This document shows, one piece after another, positions 9,632 through 19,335 of a DNA stretch of 64,000 bases. Source of the DNA: Gemmatimonadota bacterium (GTDB lineage Bacteria; Gemmatimonadota; Gemmatimonadetes; Palauibacterales; Palauibacteraceae); assembly GCA_039588275.1 (NCBI GenBank), contig JBDHAC010000013.1, positions 1 through 64,000 on the forward strand, given 5' to 3'. The notes beneath the pieces are model-generated. The model saw only the letters and a program-made list of their open reading frames with translations, did no database searches and was not told the DNA's origin. The stretch's first letter is position 1. The number at the start of each line of letters is the position of its first letter. The position numbers were made by a program, and so were the translations under genes.

Positions 9632-9928
9632 TCAACTCTCGGGCGTCGCCAGCTCCCGCTCGAGCGCGTCCGCGTCCACGTCGCTCGCGTGTGCGCAGGC
9701 GTCGAGCATCTGCTCGAGGCGTGCGGGGTTGAATCCGACGATCACGTCATTACCGTGCGCGATCATGGGAACGCCCGCTCCACCGCTCAACGCCCGCCAC
9801 TCCCTCAAGACTCCCACATCGGAAGTGATGTCCAGCTCCTCGAACTCACACCCTCGCTCTCTCAGCCAATCCTTGGCATCGTGGCAATAGGGTCAGGTCG
9901 GAGTCGTGTAGACGCGAATCTTGGCCAT
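9632..9928 (-). CDS. Glutaredoxin/NrdH-like selenoprotein with UPYC active site (in-frame TGA at 9895-9893)
   Basis: ATG GCC AAG ATT CGC GTC TAC ACG ACT CCG ACC TGA CCC TAT TGC = MAKIRVYTTPT-U-PYCHDAKDWLRERGCEFEELDI...GVPMI...IVGFNPARL. Joins track ORFs 9893..10192 and 9632..9817 in one frame. GGAGAGGA RBS. Confidence 0.85.
9851..9892 (-). promoter_or_regulatory. Putative bacterial SECIS element
   Basis: mRNA after UGA is CCCUAUUGCCACGAU-GCCAA-GGA-UUGGC-UGAGAGA-GCGAGGG. Apical stem GCCAA/UUGGC with a G-starting loop 21 nt after UGA. Lower stem CCCU..UGC/GCG-AGGG. Confidence 0.65.
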
Positions 9929-10026
9929 CGGGCTATCCTCTCCGCTAAGATGCTCGGCACACGGGGACGAAGCGCGCGGCGGTACTACACCGCTGCAGCC
10001 GGATCCTAACCTCCCGGGGGTAAGCC

Positions 10027-10683
10027 GTGCACGACGCACAGCGAGTCGCGAGCGACATCTTCGACGCGTTGGCCGGCGAGGCCTGGTATGCGGCGGCCAG
10101 GCACATCCACCCCCGAGTCGCCGCGCGCCTGTACCACGAGACGAGCGAGCGCATTCGGCATTGGAGCGAGCCAGAGGGGCCGACGCTCGCACAGTTCCGC
10201 CAACAGGATCCCGACATGCCCGAGGCGGTCGCCGAGTACCTGGTGGCCAGGGCGAGGACCTCCCGGTACGTGCCCACGACGTGGACCGATAGCTTTCCCG
10301 GCCTGGAGAGCCCCGAGGAGTTCGAGGCGATGACGTCGCTCGACTACATGGCGCGGTATCTAGAGACGTTCGACGTGCGTGCGCAGTATCGAGCCCGACT
10401 GGAGGACGACGGCGAGGCGGCCCACGAGTGGACTGCGGACATGGCTCGCGGGCCGGACCGGGTGATCCTGGGCGCCGTGCTCGAGGGAGACGACGTGGCC
10501 CACATCACGTATCGGGTCACCTGGTCCCGCGAGGACGGACCCGGACTTCTGGATCACGTCGACCTCCTCACGCTGCGCAAGAGCGACGATGGGTGGAAGG
10601 CGGTCAGCATCGAGCTCAACGGCTTGCCTAAGAACATGTGGTTCTGGGTCCAGGTGCCGTCGCTACCGGAGCACGAGTCGTGA
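10027..10683 (+). CDS. Hypothetical protein, possibly NTF2/SnoaL-like fold
   Basis: Coding-like ORF. C-terminal VAHITYRV...LLTLRKSDDGWK pattern. Stop overlaps the next GTG start. Confidence 0.6.
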   Translation: MHDAQRVASDIFDALAGEAWYAAARHIHPRVAARLYHETSERIRHWSEPEGPTLAQFRQQDPDMPEAVAEYLVARARTSRYVPTTWTDSFPGLESPEEFEAMTSLDYMARYLETFDVRAQYRARLEDDGEAAHEWTADMARGPDRVILGAVLEGDDVAHITYRVTWSREDGPGLLDHVDLLTLRKSDDGWKAVSIELNGLPKNMWFWVQVPSLPEHES

Positions 10684-11252
10684 TCAACGGCCGGCGAGCG
10701 AACCGGCCTCGCCTGTCCATGCTCGCGAGCGCCGTCGCCGTGACCGCTGCCGTCTCCGTCGCTCTCGCCGGTTGTCGGAACGAGTTCGCCGAGCGGCTCA
10801 CGCTGGAGCTCCCGCCGGGGCCGGAAGTGGGCCGGCCGGCTCCGGTTTTCGAGGCCACGGCGCTGGATGGGGCGACCGTACGGCTCGCCGACCTTCGCGG
10901 GCGCGCGGTGCTCCTCAACTCGTGGGCCACCTGGTGTCTCCCGTGTCTGGAAGAGATGCCGGAGCTCGAGGAGCTTCAGCGCCTTCATCCGGCCGAAGAG
11001 CTCGCGGTGGTCGGGGTCTCGATCGACGCTCTCCCGTTGCCCGAGATCCAGGAGTTCCTCGACGAGCACGGGATCACGTATCGGAACCTGTGGGCCCGGG
11101 CCGACGACCTGCACGAAACGTTCGACTGGGGGCGCGGAGTCCCCAAGACCGTGTTGATCGATGCGAACGGCGTGATCAGAGGTTATTGGGCCGGGCGCTT
11201 CAGGCCGTTCGATCCGGAGAACGAGGTGCTGATCGACGCTACGCTACGATGA
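10680..11252 (+). CDS. TlpA/ResA-like thioredoxin-fold disulfide reductase, probable lipoprotein
   Basis: LLNSWATWCLPCLEEMP, cis-Pro GVPKT, LAGC lipobox. Confidence 0.9.
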   Translation: MINGRRANRPRLSMLASAVAVTAAVSVALAGCRNEFAERLTLELPPGPEVGRPAPVFEATALDGATVRLADLRGRAVLLNSWATWCLPCLEEMPELEELQRLHPAEELAVVGVSIDALPLPEIQEFLDEHGITYRNLWARADDLHETFDWGRGVPKTVLIDANGVIRGYWAGRFRPFDPENEVLIDATLR

Positions 11253-11294
11253 GAGTGCGGTGCGTCCCGCAGCCCGAATGAGGGAGTCCAAGCC

Positions 11295-11645
11295 ATGCCC
11301 GCGACGTTAAAGCCGCCGATCGACATGCAAACACTCGAGGCCATCGACGTGCGCGTGGGCACGATCGTCCGGGTCGAGGACGTCGCCGGGGCCAGAAGCC
11401 TGGTTCGACTGCGCGTCGATCTGGGGGATCACGAACGGACCGTCCTCGCCGGCCTCAAGGGAGAGCGTGTGGATCCGAGCGAACTGGAGGGGATGCAGGC
11501 GCTGTTCGTCGTAAACCTCGAACCCCGGGAGATGATGGGAGAGGTCTCGGAGGGCATGCTGTTCGACATCGGTTACGCCGATGGCATCACCCCGGTGCTG
11601 GCGATCCCCGAGATGCCGGTGCCGCCCGGAACTCAGGTCGGGTGA
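11295..11645 (+). CDS. tRNA-binding OB-fold protein (CsaA/Trbp111 family)
   Basis: IDVRVGTI, VDLG, VVNLEPREMMGEVSEGML, PPGTQVG. Confidence 0.9.
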   Translation: MPATLKPPIDMQTLEAIDVRVGTIVRVEDVAGARSLVRLRVDLGDHERTVLAGLKGERVDPSELEGMQALFVVNLEPREMMGEVSEGMLFDIGYADGITPVLAIPEMPVPPGTQVG

Positions 11646-11688
11646 GGCAGATTCCACACATCGCCCCGACGTCGGGCGGCCCTGGAGC

Positions 11689-13215
11689 TCACACCAGCAT
11701 GCCGCGAAGCGTGTCGATCGTGTCCGCCTCGGAGGCGGACTTGTCCTCCCGGTAGCCTCTGACTCTCGCGAATCGAAGCGCGACACCACCCGGGTAGCGC
11801 GGACTTCGCTGCACACCGTCGAACGCGATCTCGACCACGAGCTCCGGCCGGACCCGCACGACGTGCCGCGATCGTTCCACCTGGATCTCGAGGAGCCGCC
11901 CCGTCTGCCATTCGAGCAGCGCGTCCGTCAGCCCCTTGAACGTCTTCCCCACCATTACGAAGCCTCCGGTGTCCGGATCCCGGGCCCCGAGGTGAAGGTT
12001 GCTCAGGCTTCCGGTGCGGCGACCGTGTCCCCACTCGGCGGCGAGCACGACCAGATCCAGCGTGTGAACGGGCTTGACCTTGAGCCAGCTCTTGCCCCGG
12101 CGTCCGGCCACGTACTCGGCGTTCAGGTCCTTGGCGATCACGCCCTCGTGCCCTGCGCCTCGCGATCGATCGAAGAACCGTTCCGCTGCGAGCGCGTCCT
12201 CTGTGACGAGGCGCTCGACGAGATTCGCTGCGGGGACGAGCGCAGACAGGGCGGACCAACGTTCGGCAGCGGGAGCATCGATCAGCGGGGTTCCGTTCAA
12301 GAAGAGGCAATCGAAGAAGAAGGGAGTCAACGGGAGCGACGCGCTCAACCGCTGAACATCGGCGACGCGGCCGAAGCGGCGCATGGTCTCCTGGAAAGGG
12401 CGCGGACGGCCGTCGGCGTGCAGGGCGACCGCTTCTCCGTCCAATATCACCTCGTCGGCGGGTAGCGAACGGACGAGCTCGACCAGCTCCGGCAGGGCAG
12501 CGGTCTCATCGTTCAGGCGCCGCGTGAAGATCCGCGCTTTCCTGCCACGCTTGTGAGCCTGCACGCGAGCGCCATCGATCTTGTACTCGAGGGCTGCGCG
12601 CCCCAGGCGGTCGAGCGCCGCGGTCAGGCTCGGCGCGGAATCGGCCAGCATGGGCTTTACGGGACGGAAGAGCCGGATCGAGAAGCCGTCGAGGGCGGAG
12701 AGCCCTTCGAGGAGAAGGGCCGTGGCCACCTCGCCGATGTCGCCGGCGAGCATCACGGCCCGACGTACGCGCGAGGCGGGAGCGTCCGCCGCCCGGGCCA
12801 CGGCATCCAACATCACGCCCTCCTGGGCCCCCTGCCGCAGCTCTCCGAGCAGGAGTCCGACCAGGAAGCGTTGTTCTTCTCCGGTCGCACGGACGAACAG
12901 CCCCCGGAGCAACCGGATCCGCTCGGCTCCGGACCCGGCACCTCGGACGCTCTGAATCGCGGATAGCGCTTCGTGCACGTCTCCGAGGGTGAGCGATGGT
13001 TCAGGAGCACCGTCCGGCACGAACGCTCGCTGAATGGCGGCGGGGCCGACGCCGATCCTCCCATGCGGGAGGATGCCGGACAGGTAGGCGACGCCGATCG
13101 CCACCTCCGTCCCCTCGAGCCTGCCCAGCACGGCGGCGAGCGCCGCGACCTTCTCCGAGCGCTTCGCCGTCGAGAGCACACGGCCGGATGCACGGACGAT
13201 CTCGCTCAGCTGCAC
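11689..13215 (-). CDS. ATP-dependent DNA ligase (LigB/archaeal-type with N-terminal DNA-binding domain)
   Basis: Motif I EYKIDGAR, ILDGE, FFDCL, EGVIAK, WLKVKP, ALRFARV..REDK. Confidence 0.95.
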   Translation of the reverse strand: MQLSEIVRASGRVLSTAKRSEKVAALAAVLGRLEGTEVAIGVAYLSGILPHGRIGVGPAAIQRAFVPDGAPEPSLTLGDVHEALSAIQSVRGAGSGAERIRLLRGLFVRATGEEQRFLVGLLLGELRQGAQEGVMLDAVARAADAPASRVRRAVMLAGDIGEVATALLLEGLSALDGFSIRLFRPVKPMLADSAPSLTAALDRLGRAALEYKIDGARVQAHKRGRKARIFTRRLNDETAALPELVELVRSLPADEVILDGEAVALHADGRPRPFQETMRRFGRVADVQRLSASLPLTPFFFDCLFLNGTPLIDAPAAERWSALSALVPAANLVERLVTEDALAAERFFDRSRGAGHEGVIAKDLNAEYVAGRRGKSWLKVKPVHTLDLVVLAAEWGHGRRTGSLSNLHLGARDPDTGGFVMVGKTFKGLTDALLEWQTGRLLEIQVERSRHVVRVRPELVVEIAFDGVQRSPRYPGGVALRFARVRGYREDKSASEADTIDTLRGMLV

Positions 13216-13293
13216 CGCATCACGGCTGGGCCTGTTCTCCTTTCGACCTCCGGCCCGCGGATCGTGTCTCGGCGACTGCTGGCCGGGTCGCGC

Positions 13294-14187
13294 TCAACTC
13301 GGTTTGCGGGCGCGCACGAACGCGGACATGTACTTCCCATCCGCGGCGTTCGCGATCTCCTCGGCTTCCGGACCGAGCCCTGCCACCAGCTCGCGTGCTT
13401 CCTCCAGCCGATACACTCGAGTCGGCTCGATGTCGATGTCTTGGAACCCGGCTTCAGCCAGGAGTCGCCGATATTCCTCTTCCTCTAGGGCGCCGGCGAC
13501 ACAACCGATCCACAACTCGACGCTCTTCCGGACCGCAGCGGGGACTTCCCCCCGAACCACGATGTCGGAGACGGCGAATCGTCCGCCCGGCTTCAGGACA
13601 CGAAAGGCCTCGCGAAGGACCTGGCCTTTGTCCGCGGACAGGTTGATGACGCAATTGGAGATGACGACGTCTGCGCTCGTGTCCGGGAGCGGGATGTCCT
13701 CGATCTCCCCTTTGAGGAATTCGGCGTTCTGAATGCCGGCCTCCCGACGATTGCGGTCCGCGAGCTCCAGCATGTCGTCCGTCATGTCGAGCCCGTATGC
13801 CATCCCCGTGGGTCCCACGCGACGCGCGGAGAGCAGTACATCGATCCCGCCACCCGACCCCAGGTCGAGCACCACTTCGCCTGCCGTGAGCTCAGCGAGC
13901 GCGGTCGGGTTCCCGCACCCCAGGGAGGCTAGCACCGCGGCCTCCGGCAGTTCGGCGGTTTCGCCCGCTTCGTACAGATTCGCGGTGATCGGATCGCGCT
14001 CGGCCTCCGCCGTCGCGCCCGCCTCGCATCCGCAAGGATCACAGCAGGACGCATCGGAGGCTTCCGGAGGAGTCTCGACGCTCCCGCACCCGGGGATCCG
14101 TCCGTCGGCCGCCTGCCGTGCGGCCTCACCGTATTTCTCGCGGATCGTCTCCCTCAGGACCCCCGCGTCGGTCGTCTCCTTAGACAT
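13294..14187 (-). CDS. arsM: Arsenite S-adenosylmethionine methyltransferase
   Basis: [34 protein letters not shown]. Downstream of arsR. Confidence 0.93.
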   Translation of the reverse strand: MSKETTDAGVLRETIREKYGEAARQAADGRIPGCGSVETPPEASDASCCDPCGCEAGATAEAERDPITANLYEAGETAELPEAAVLASLGCGNPTALAELTAGEVVLDLGSGGGIDVLLSARRVGPTGMAYGLDMTDDMLELADRNRREAGIQNAEFLKGEIEDIPLPDTSADVVISNCVINLSADKGQVLREAFRVLKPGGRFAVSDIVVRGEVPAAVRKSVELWIGCVAGALEEEEYRRLLAEAGFQDIDIEPTRVYRLEEARELVAGLGPEAEEIANAADGKYMSAFVRARKPS

Positions 14188-14222
14188 ATGTCTCTCCTCG
14201 AAGGTTGAGAGTCGGTAGACAG

Positions 14223-14238
14223 ATCAAGTTTTTTTGAT
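14223..14238. promoter_or_regulatory. ArsR-type operator palindrome ATCAA-N6-TTGAT between arsR and arsM
   Basis: ATCAAGTTTTTTTGAT, an AT-rich inverted repeat in a GC-rich background. Confidence 0.65.
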
Positions 14239-14293
14239 ACGTACGCCCACAAAAAAACGTCCTGCGCAAAGACAAACCGGTGTTTCGAGACCA

Positions 14294-14602
14294 TCAGCAG
14301 CAGGTTTCTTCGGGCCGACTCGCCTCGGCGAGGTCGGTAAGCTGCGCCGCCAGCTCCCGGAGCGCGTCGCGATCGACGGCGTAGTACATCCAGCGCCCTT
14401 CCCTGCGCACCTCCACGAGCCCGGCTTCTCGGAGCGTCTTGAGGTGGAAGGAGAGCAACGGCTGCCGGTCATTGCAGCAGCCCGTGAGATCGCAGGCGCA
14501 GCGTTCTCCGCCCGTGAGCGAGCCCAGGATTCGGAGGCGCTTTTCCTCTCCGAGCGCCTTGAAACGGGCCGCGGTCTGCTTTGACGAGATCGTTCGTGCC
14601 AT
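14294..14602 (-). CDS. arsR: ArsR/SmtB family metalloregulator
   Basis: FKALGEEKRLRIL, ERCACDL As(III)-binding box, LSFHLKTLREAGLV..RREGRWMYY, C-terminal CC. Confidence 0.93.
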   Translation of the reverse strand: MARTISSKQTAARFKALGEEKRLRILGSLTGGERCACDLTGCCNDRQPLLSFHLKTLREAGLVEVRREGRWMYYAVDRDALRELAAQLTDLAEASRPEETCC

Positions 14603-14608
14603 AACACC

Positions 14609-14636
14609 ATTATATAAAATATTATTTATATGTCAA
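14609..14636 (-). promoter_or_regulatory. Consensus sigma70 promoter with overlapping operator; leaderless arsR transcript
   Basis: Minus strand TTGACA-N16-TATAAT-N6-ATG. The spacer carries the inverted repeat ATATAAA-N6-TTTATAT. Confidence 0.8.
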
Positions 14637-14763
14637 GAGTGGGCCTCCACGTCGAGTAGTGTCCTCGTGTCCGGCCGGAGGCGCGGTTACAATTTGGGAT
14701 GACATTCCGTCCGAGGACGATCGGTCCCGCCGCGCCTCGAACTCGAGGAGGAGGAAGACGCCG

Positions 14764-15087
14764 ATGCCGTACACGTGGGAGGAGCTACACGAAAAGACTG
14801 TCACTCAACTTCGTGAGATCGCCGAAGGTATCGAGCACGACGCACTTCACGGCTACTCGACGATGCACAAGGAAGACCTCATCCCCGCCTTGTGTGAGGC
14901 GCTCGGGATCGAGGCACACGCGCACCATGAGGTCGTGGGAGTCGACAAAGCGGCTATTAAGTCGGAGATCCGCGAGCTGAAGGTGAAGCGGGACGAGGCC
15001 CTGGCGGCCGGAGACAAGGTCGCGCTCAAGCGGGTGCGGCGTCGGATCCACCGGCTCAAGGGTGAGTTGCGCAGGCATACCGTCTAG
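14764..15087 (+). CDS. Small protein with Rho N-terminal-like helical domain and basic coiled-coil tail
   Basis: EELHEKTVTQLREIA...GYSTMHKEDLI resembles Rho_N. GAGGAGGAGG RBS. Confidence 0.7.
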   Translation: MPYTWEELHEKTVTQLREIAEGIEHDALHGYSTMHKEDLIPALCEALGIEAHAHHEVVGVDKAAIKSEIRELKVKRDEALAAGDKVALKRVRRRIHRLKGELRRHTV

Positions 15088-15118
15088 GAGCGGATCGCGA
15101 CCCGGACGACCAGCGCGC

Positions 15119-16114
15119 TCAGAGCGGCACCGTCAGACCCAGCCCCAACTCCTCCGCGGCAGCCACCACGGCGCTGGCCATGGCGATGTCCTGGGCGGCA
15201 TTGCCCACCGACTTGAACAGCGTGATGTCCCACCCCGCCCGACCCCGAGGGCTCGTGCCGTTCACGATCTGACCCAGCTCCGCCGCGATGTGGGACTCGT
15301 CGATCGTGCCCGCCCGCAGGGGGACGATCAGATCTCCCGCTTCCTCCCAGGCAGCCTCTCGAGAATCCACGATGACCCGCGCGTTGGCCACCGTTGCCGG
15401 GTCGACCTCCTGCATGTCCGGGCGGAACGAGCCGACCGCGTTGATGTGCGCCCCCTGCTCGACATGGCGCGCATCGAACACAGGCTTCTCGCTCGTCGTC
15501 GCGGTGACGATCAAGTCGGCGCCGCGGAGAGCGTCGCGCGGGTCGCGGACCGCCCGAAACACCGGGGCGCCAGGTCCCGACCCGCTCATCTGGCTGTCGA
15601 GCTCGGCGGCCAAGTGCTCGGCGGTGGTGCCAGAGCGGGACACGATTCGGATCTCCCGTAGCGCGCGCACCGCGGCGAGGGCCCAGACGTGAGCGCGCGC
15701 TTGAACGCCCGCACCGAACAGGGCGAGGACCGAGGCATCGGGCGTCGCGAGGAGATCCGTCGCGAGGGCGCTCCCCGCCGCCGTACGGCGCGCGGTGAGC
15801 TCGCTCCCGTCCAGCAGCGCGCGTGGGGCGCCCGTGACCGCATCCAGCAGGAGCACGGCCCCCTGGACGATCGCCAGACCGAGGCCCGCGTTGTCGGGAA
15901 ATACCGAGACGATCTTGACCCCCAGCTCACACGTCTGATCGAGGTAGGCGGGCATGGTGAGCGTCGCGCCCGCCGCGCTCACGAGCTGCCCGCGCAGCGG
16001 GACGCTCGCTTCTCCCGAGGAAAGCTGGCCGAAGGCCGACCGCATGGCGTCGATGGCGCCCAGGGGATCGATGGCGGCCCGTACGTCCGCTGCCGATAGG
16101 ATTCGGATCGTCAT
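15119..16114 (-). CDS. Ornithine cyclodeaminase / mu-crystallin family
   Basis: GVKIVSVFP, LTARRTAAGS, GAGVQA, ADLIVTAT, HINAVGS, LFKSVG.AAQD. Confidence 0.93.
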   Translation of the reverse strand: MTIRILSAADVRAAIDPLGAIDAMRSAFGQLSSGEASVPLRGQLVSAAGATLTMPAYLDQTCELGVKIVSVFPDNAGLGLAIVQGAVLLLDAVTGAPRALLDGSELTARRTAAGSALATDLLATPDASVLALFGAGVQARAHVWALAAVRALREIRIVSRSGTTAEHLAAELDSQMSGSGPGAPVFRAVRDPRDALRGADLIVTATTSEKPVFDARHVEQGAHINAVGSFRPDMQEVDPATVANARVIVDSREAAWEEAGDLIVPLRAGTIDESHIAAELGQIVNGTSPRGRAGWDITLFKSVGNAAQDIAMASAVVAAAEELGLGLTVPL

Positions 16115-16272
16115 GGTTCGATGTTGGGTCGCCGAACGACCGGGCGCCAGCCGGCGCGTCGCGCGCCCTTCGCTCGCTGAGCCCCTTCCTGCGCGCTATC
16201 ATGGTGGCCACCGCGATCTCGCCGCCCGATGTGCGGCGACGGCATACGACCATCACTCAGCAGAGGGCGGGG

Positions 16273-17139
16273 ATGGCGGGACATCTTCTCAGCGTCGCAC
16301 TGATCACCGATGTCTTCCATGACGATCCCGCCGGAGACCGGCTTCGGGACCGTCTGGAAGAAGCGCATCACCTCGGTGCCGAGCTGGCGGTACTGCCCGA
16401 GCTACCGCTCAACGCCTGGTCACCCGCCTTCCCCGAGCCTCGTGAAGAGGACGCGGAGCCGTTCGAAGGACCGCGGCAGGAACGCATGGCCGCAGCCGCG
16501 CGCGGGGTCGGCATCTCGCTGCTCGGGGGCGTGATCATGCGCTCCCCGGGCGACGGACGGCGTCACAACACCGCCATCCTGTTCGATACTTCCGGAGAGA
16601 TCACGGGCACCTACCGAAAGCTCCACCTGCCCGACGAGGAGGGCTATTGGGAGACGCGGCATTACGAAGCCGGGGCTACCCCACCCACGGTGATCGGCGG
16701 CCCCGGGCTTTCGTTCGGCATTCAGATCTGCTCCGACATCCAGCGCCCGCAGGGGGCTCTCTTGCTGGCGGCCTCTGGAGCCGAGGTGATCCTGGCGCCG
16801 CGGTGCACGCCGGCGGCGAGCTATCCGCGCTGGCGAACGGTAATGGTGGGGGTGGCAATGACTGCCGCCGTCTACCTGATCTCCGTCAACCGCCCGCGTC
16901 CGGAGTTCGACGTCCCGATCGGCGGACCGTCGCTCGCTATCGCTCCGGATGGAAAGGTCCTTCTGGAGACCGAGGACCCGGTGGCTGTCGTCAACCTCGA
17001 CCGACGACGCGTCGCCGAGGCGCGCCAGGAGTACCCCGGCTATCTGCCCATGCGCGCCGACTTGTACGCGTATGGCTGGGCGCGCGCCGCCGCCGAAGTG
17101 GGGGCGGACATGCGCACGGCCGGCGATTCCGACGAGTAA
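16273..17139 (+). CDS. Carbon-nitrogen hydrolase (nitrilase superfamily amidase)
   Basis: Catalytic triad E (LPEL), K (YRKLHLP), C (ICSD). Start could be 16201. Confidence 0.9.
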   Translation: MAGHLLSVALITDVFHDDPAGDRLRDRLEEAHHLGAELAVLPELPLNAWSPAFPEPREEDAEPFEGPRQERMAAAARGVGISLLGGVIMRSPGDGRRHNTAILFDTSGEITGTYRKLHLPDEEGYWETRHYEAGATPPTVIGGPGLSFGIQICSDIQRPQGALLLAASGAEVILAPRCTPAASYPRWRTVMVGVAMTAAVYLISVNRPRPEFDVPIGGPSLAIAPDGKVLLETEDPVAVVNLDRRRVAEARQEYPGYLPMRADLYAYGWARAAAEVGADMRTAGDSDE

Positions 17140-17389
17140 CACGCAGCCGGAGCCACGGATCCGAATCCGAGATCACGAATCGGCTCGTCCGGGTCCCGGT
17201 GAGCCGGTGGGTGGACTCCTTCACTCGTCATCGTCGTTCCTCTGATAGCTCGGTTAACGTTCACCCCCGCGAGGTCGTCTCCTGGGGGTCGGCGAAGTGT
17301 ATTCGCGATCGCGGCCTGAAGCACACGCGCGTGCTGATGCACATGCATACACGCCGTAACGAAGCGATATGGTCGGAGAGGGGGAAACG

Positions 17390-17863
17390 ATGTGGATGAG
17401 ACGCACGGCGGTGGTCGCCACCGCACTGTTGCTCGGTCTGGCAAGCTCCGCGCTCGCCCAGACCGGCGAGGAGGATCGCCGCCGTGTGCGGCGTCACCGT
17501 ATCGACCGGGTCGAGGACCGCATCGATCATCGGGAAGATCGGTGGGATCGCCGGGAGGACCGACGCGATCGCCGGGAAGATCGACGCGATTTGCGGGAGG
17601 ATGTGAGAGACCGGCGTGAGGATCGGTGGGATCGGTTACACGACGGTGGTCCTCGGGATCGACTCGAGGACGTTCGAGATCGGCGTGAAGATCTACGGGA
17701 TCGACGCGAGGATGTGTGGGACGCTCGCGAGGATCGAAGAGACCGACGCGAGGACCGTGCGGACCGGCGGGAAGACTACCGCGATCGTCGGGCGGACCGG
17801 GTGGACCGACGCGAGGACCGGCGTGAGCGCTTCCGCGAGTCGAGGCGTACGCGGCGGCCCTAG
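17390..17863 (+). CDS. Secreted highly charged heptad-repeat (DRREDRR) protein
   Basis: Sec signal MWMRRTAVVATALLLGLASSALA-Q, GGAGAGGGG RBS, 15 D-R-x-E-D-x-x heptads. Confidence 0.75.
   Translation: MWMRRTAVVATALLLGLASSALAQTGEEDRRRVRRHRIDRVEDRIDHREDRWDRREDRRDRREDRRDLREDVRDRREDRWDRLHDGGPRDRLEDVRDRREDLRDRREDVWDAREDRRDRREDRADRREDYRDRRADRVDRREDRRERFRESRRTRRP
17504..17824 (+). repeat. Degenerate 21-bp coding tandem repeat (15 units)
   Basis: Units such as gatcgccgggaggaccgacgc and gatcgccgggaagatcgacgc; 7 + 8 heptads split by PR. Confidence 0.85.
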
Positions 17864-18000
17864 CGGGTCACCAGGGGAAGCAGATCACGGAGGCTGAGGC
17901 GCCGGACGACGGTTCGTGTTCGTCCCGAGTGATGCGCGAACGCCGGCTCACCCGAGCCGGCGTTTGTCGTTCGAGGATGGTCCAGCCCTTCTCGCAGGCG

Positions 18001-19311
<1,311 letters not shown>

Positions 19312-19335
19312 GTCTCCAGGTTTCGTAGTACGGGC

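Noticed and set aside
9893..9895. Glutaredoxin as a nonsense-mutated pseudogene
   Set aside because: The stop is TGA exactly at the redox Cys column, is followed by a SECIS-like hairpin, and the frame is otherwise intact. Not fully excluded until sel genes are found.
11665..11676. 12-bp palindromes between convergent genes (also 2554-2565)
   Set aside because: Loopless, short and without a U-tract; too weak to call terminators.
11689..13215. NHEJ (Ku-LigD) system or RNA ligase
   Set aside because: No Ku, polymerase or phosphoesterase domain; the architecture is a standard LigB-type DNA ligase.
14601..14640. AT-rich patch as a sign of horizontal transfer
   Set aside because: Only about 40 bp and fully explained by the arsR promoter/operator; no mobile-element genes in the window.
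17504..17824. Possible CRISPR array
   Set aside because: Degenerate in-frame 21-bp coding repeats, no unique spacers and no cas genes.
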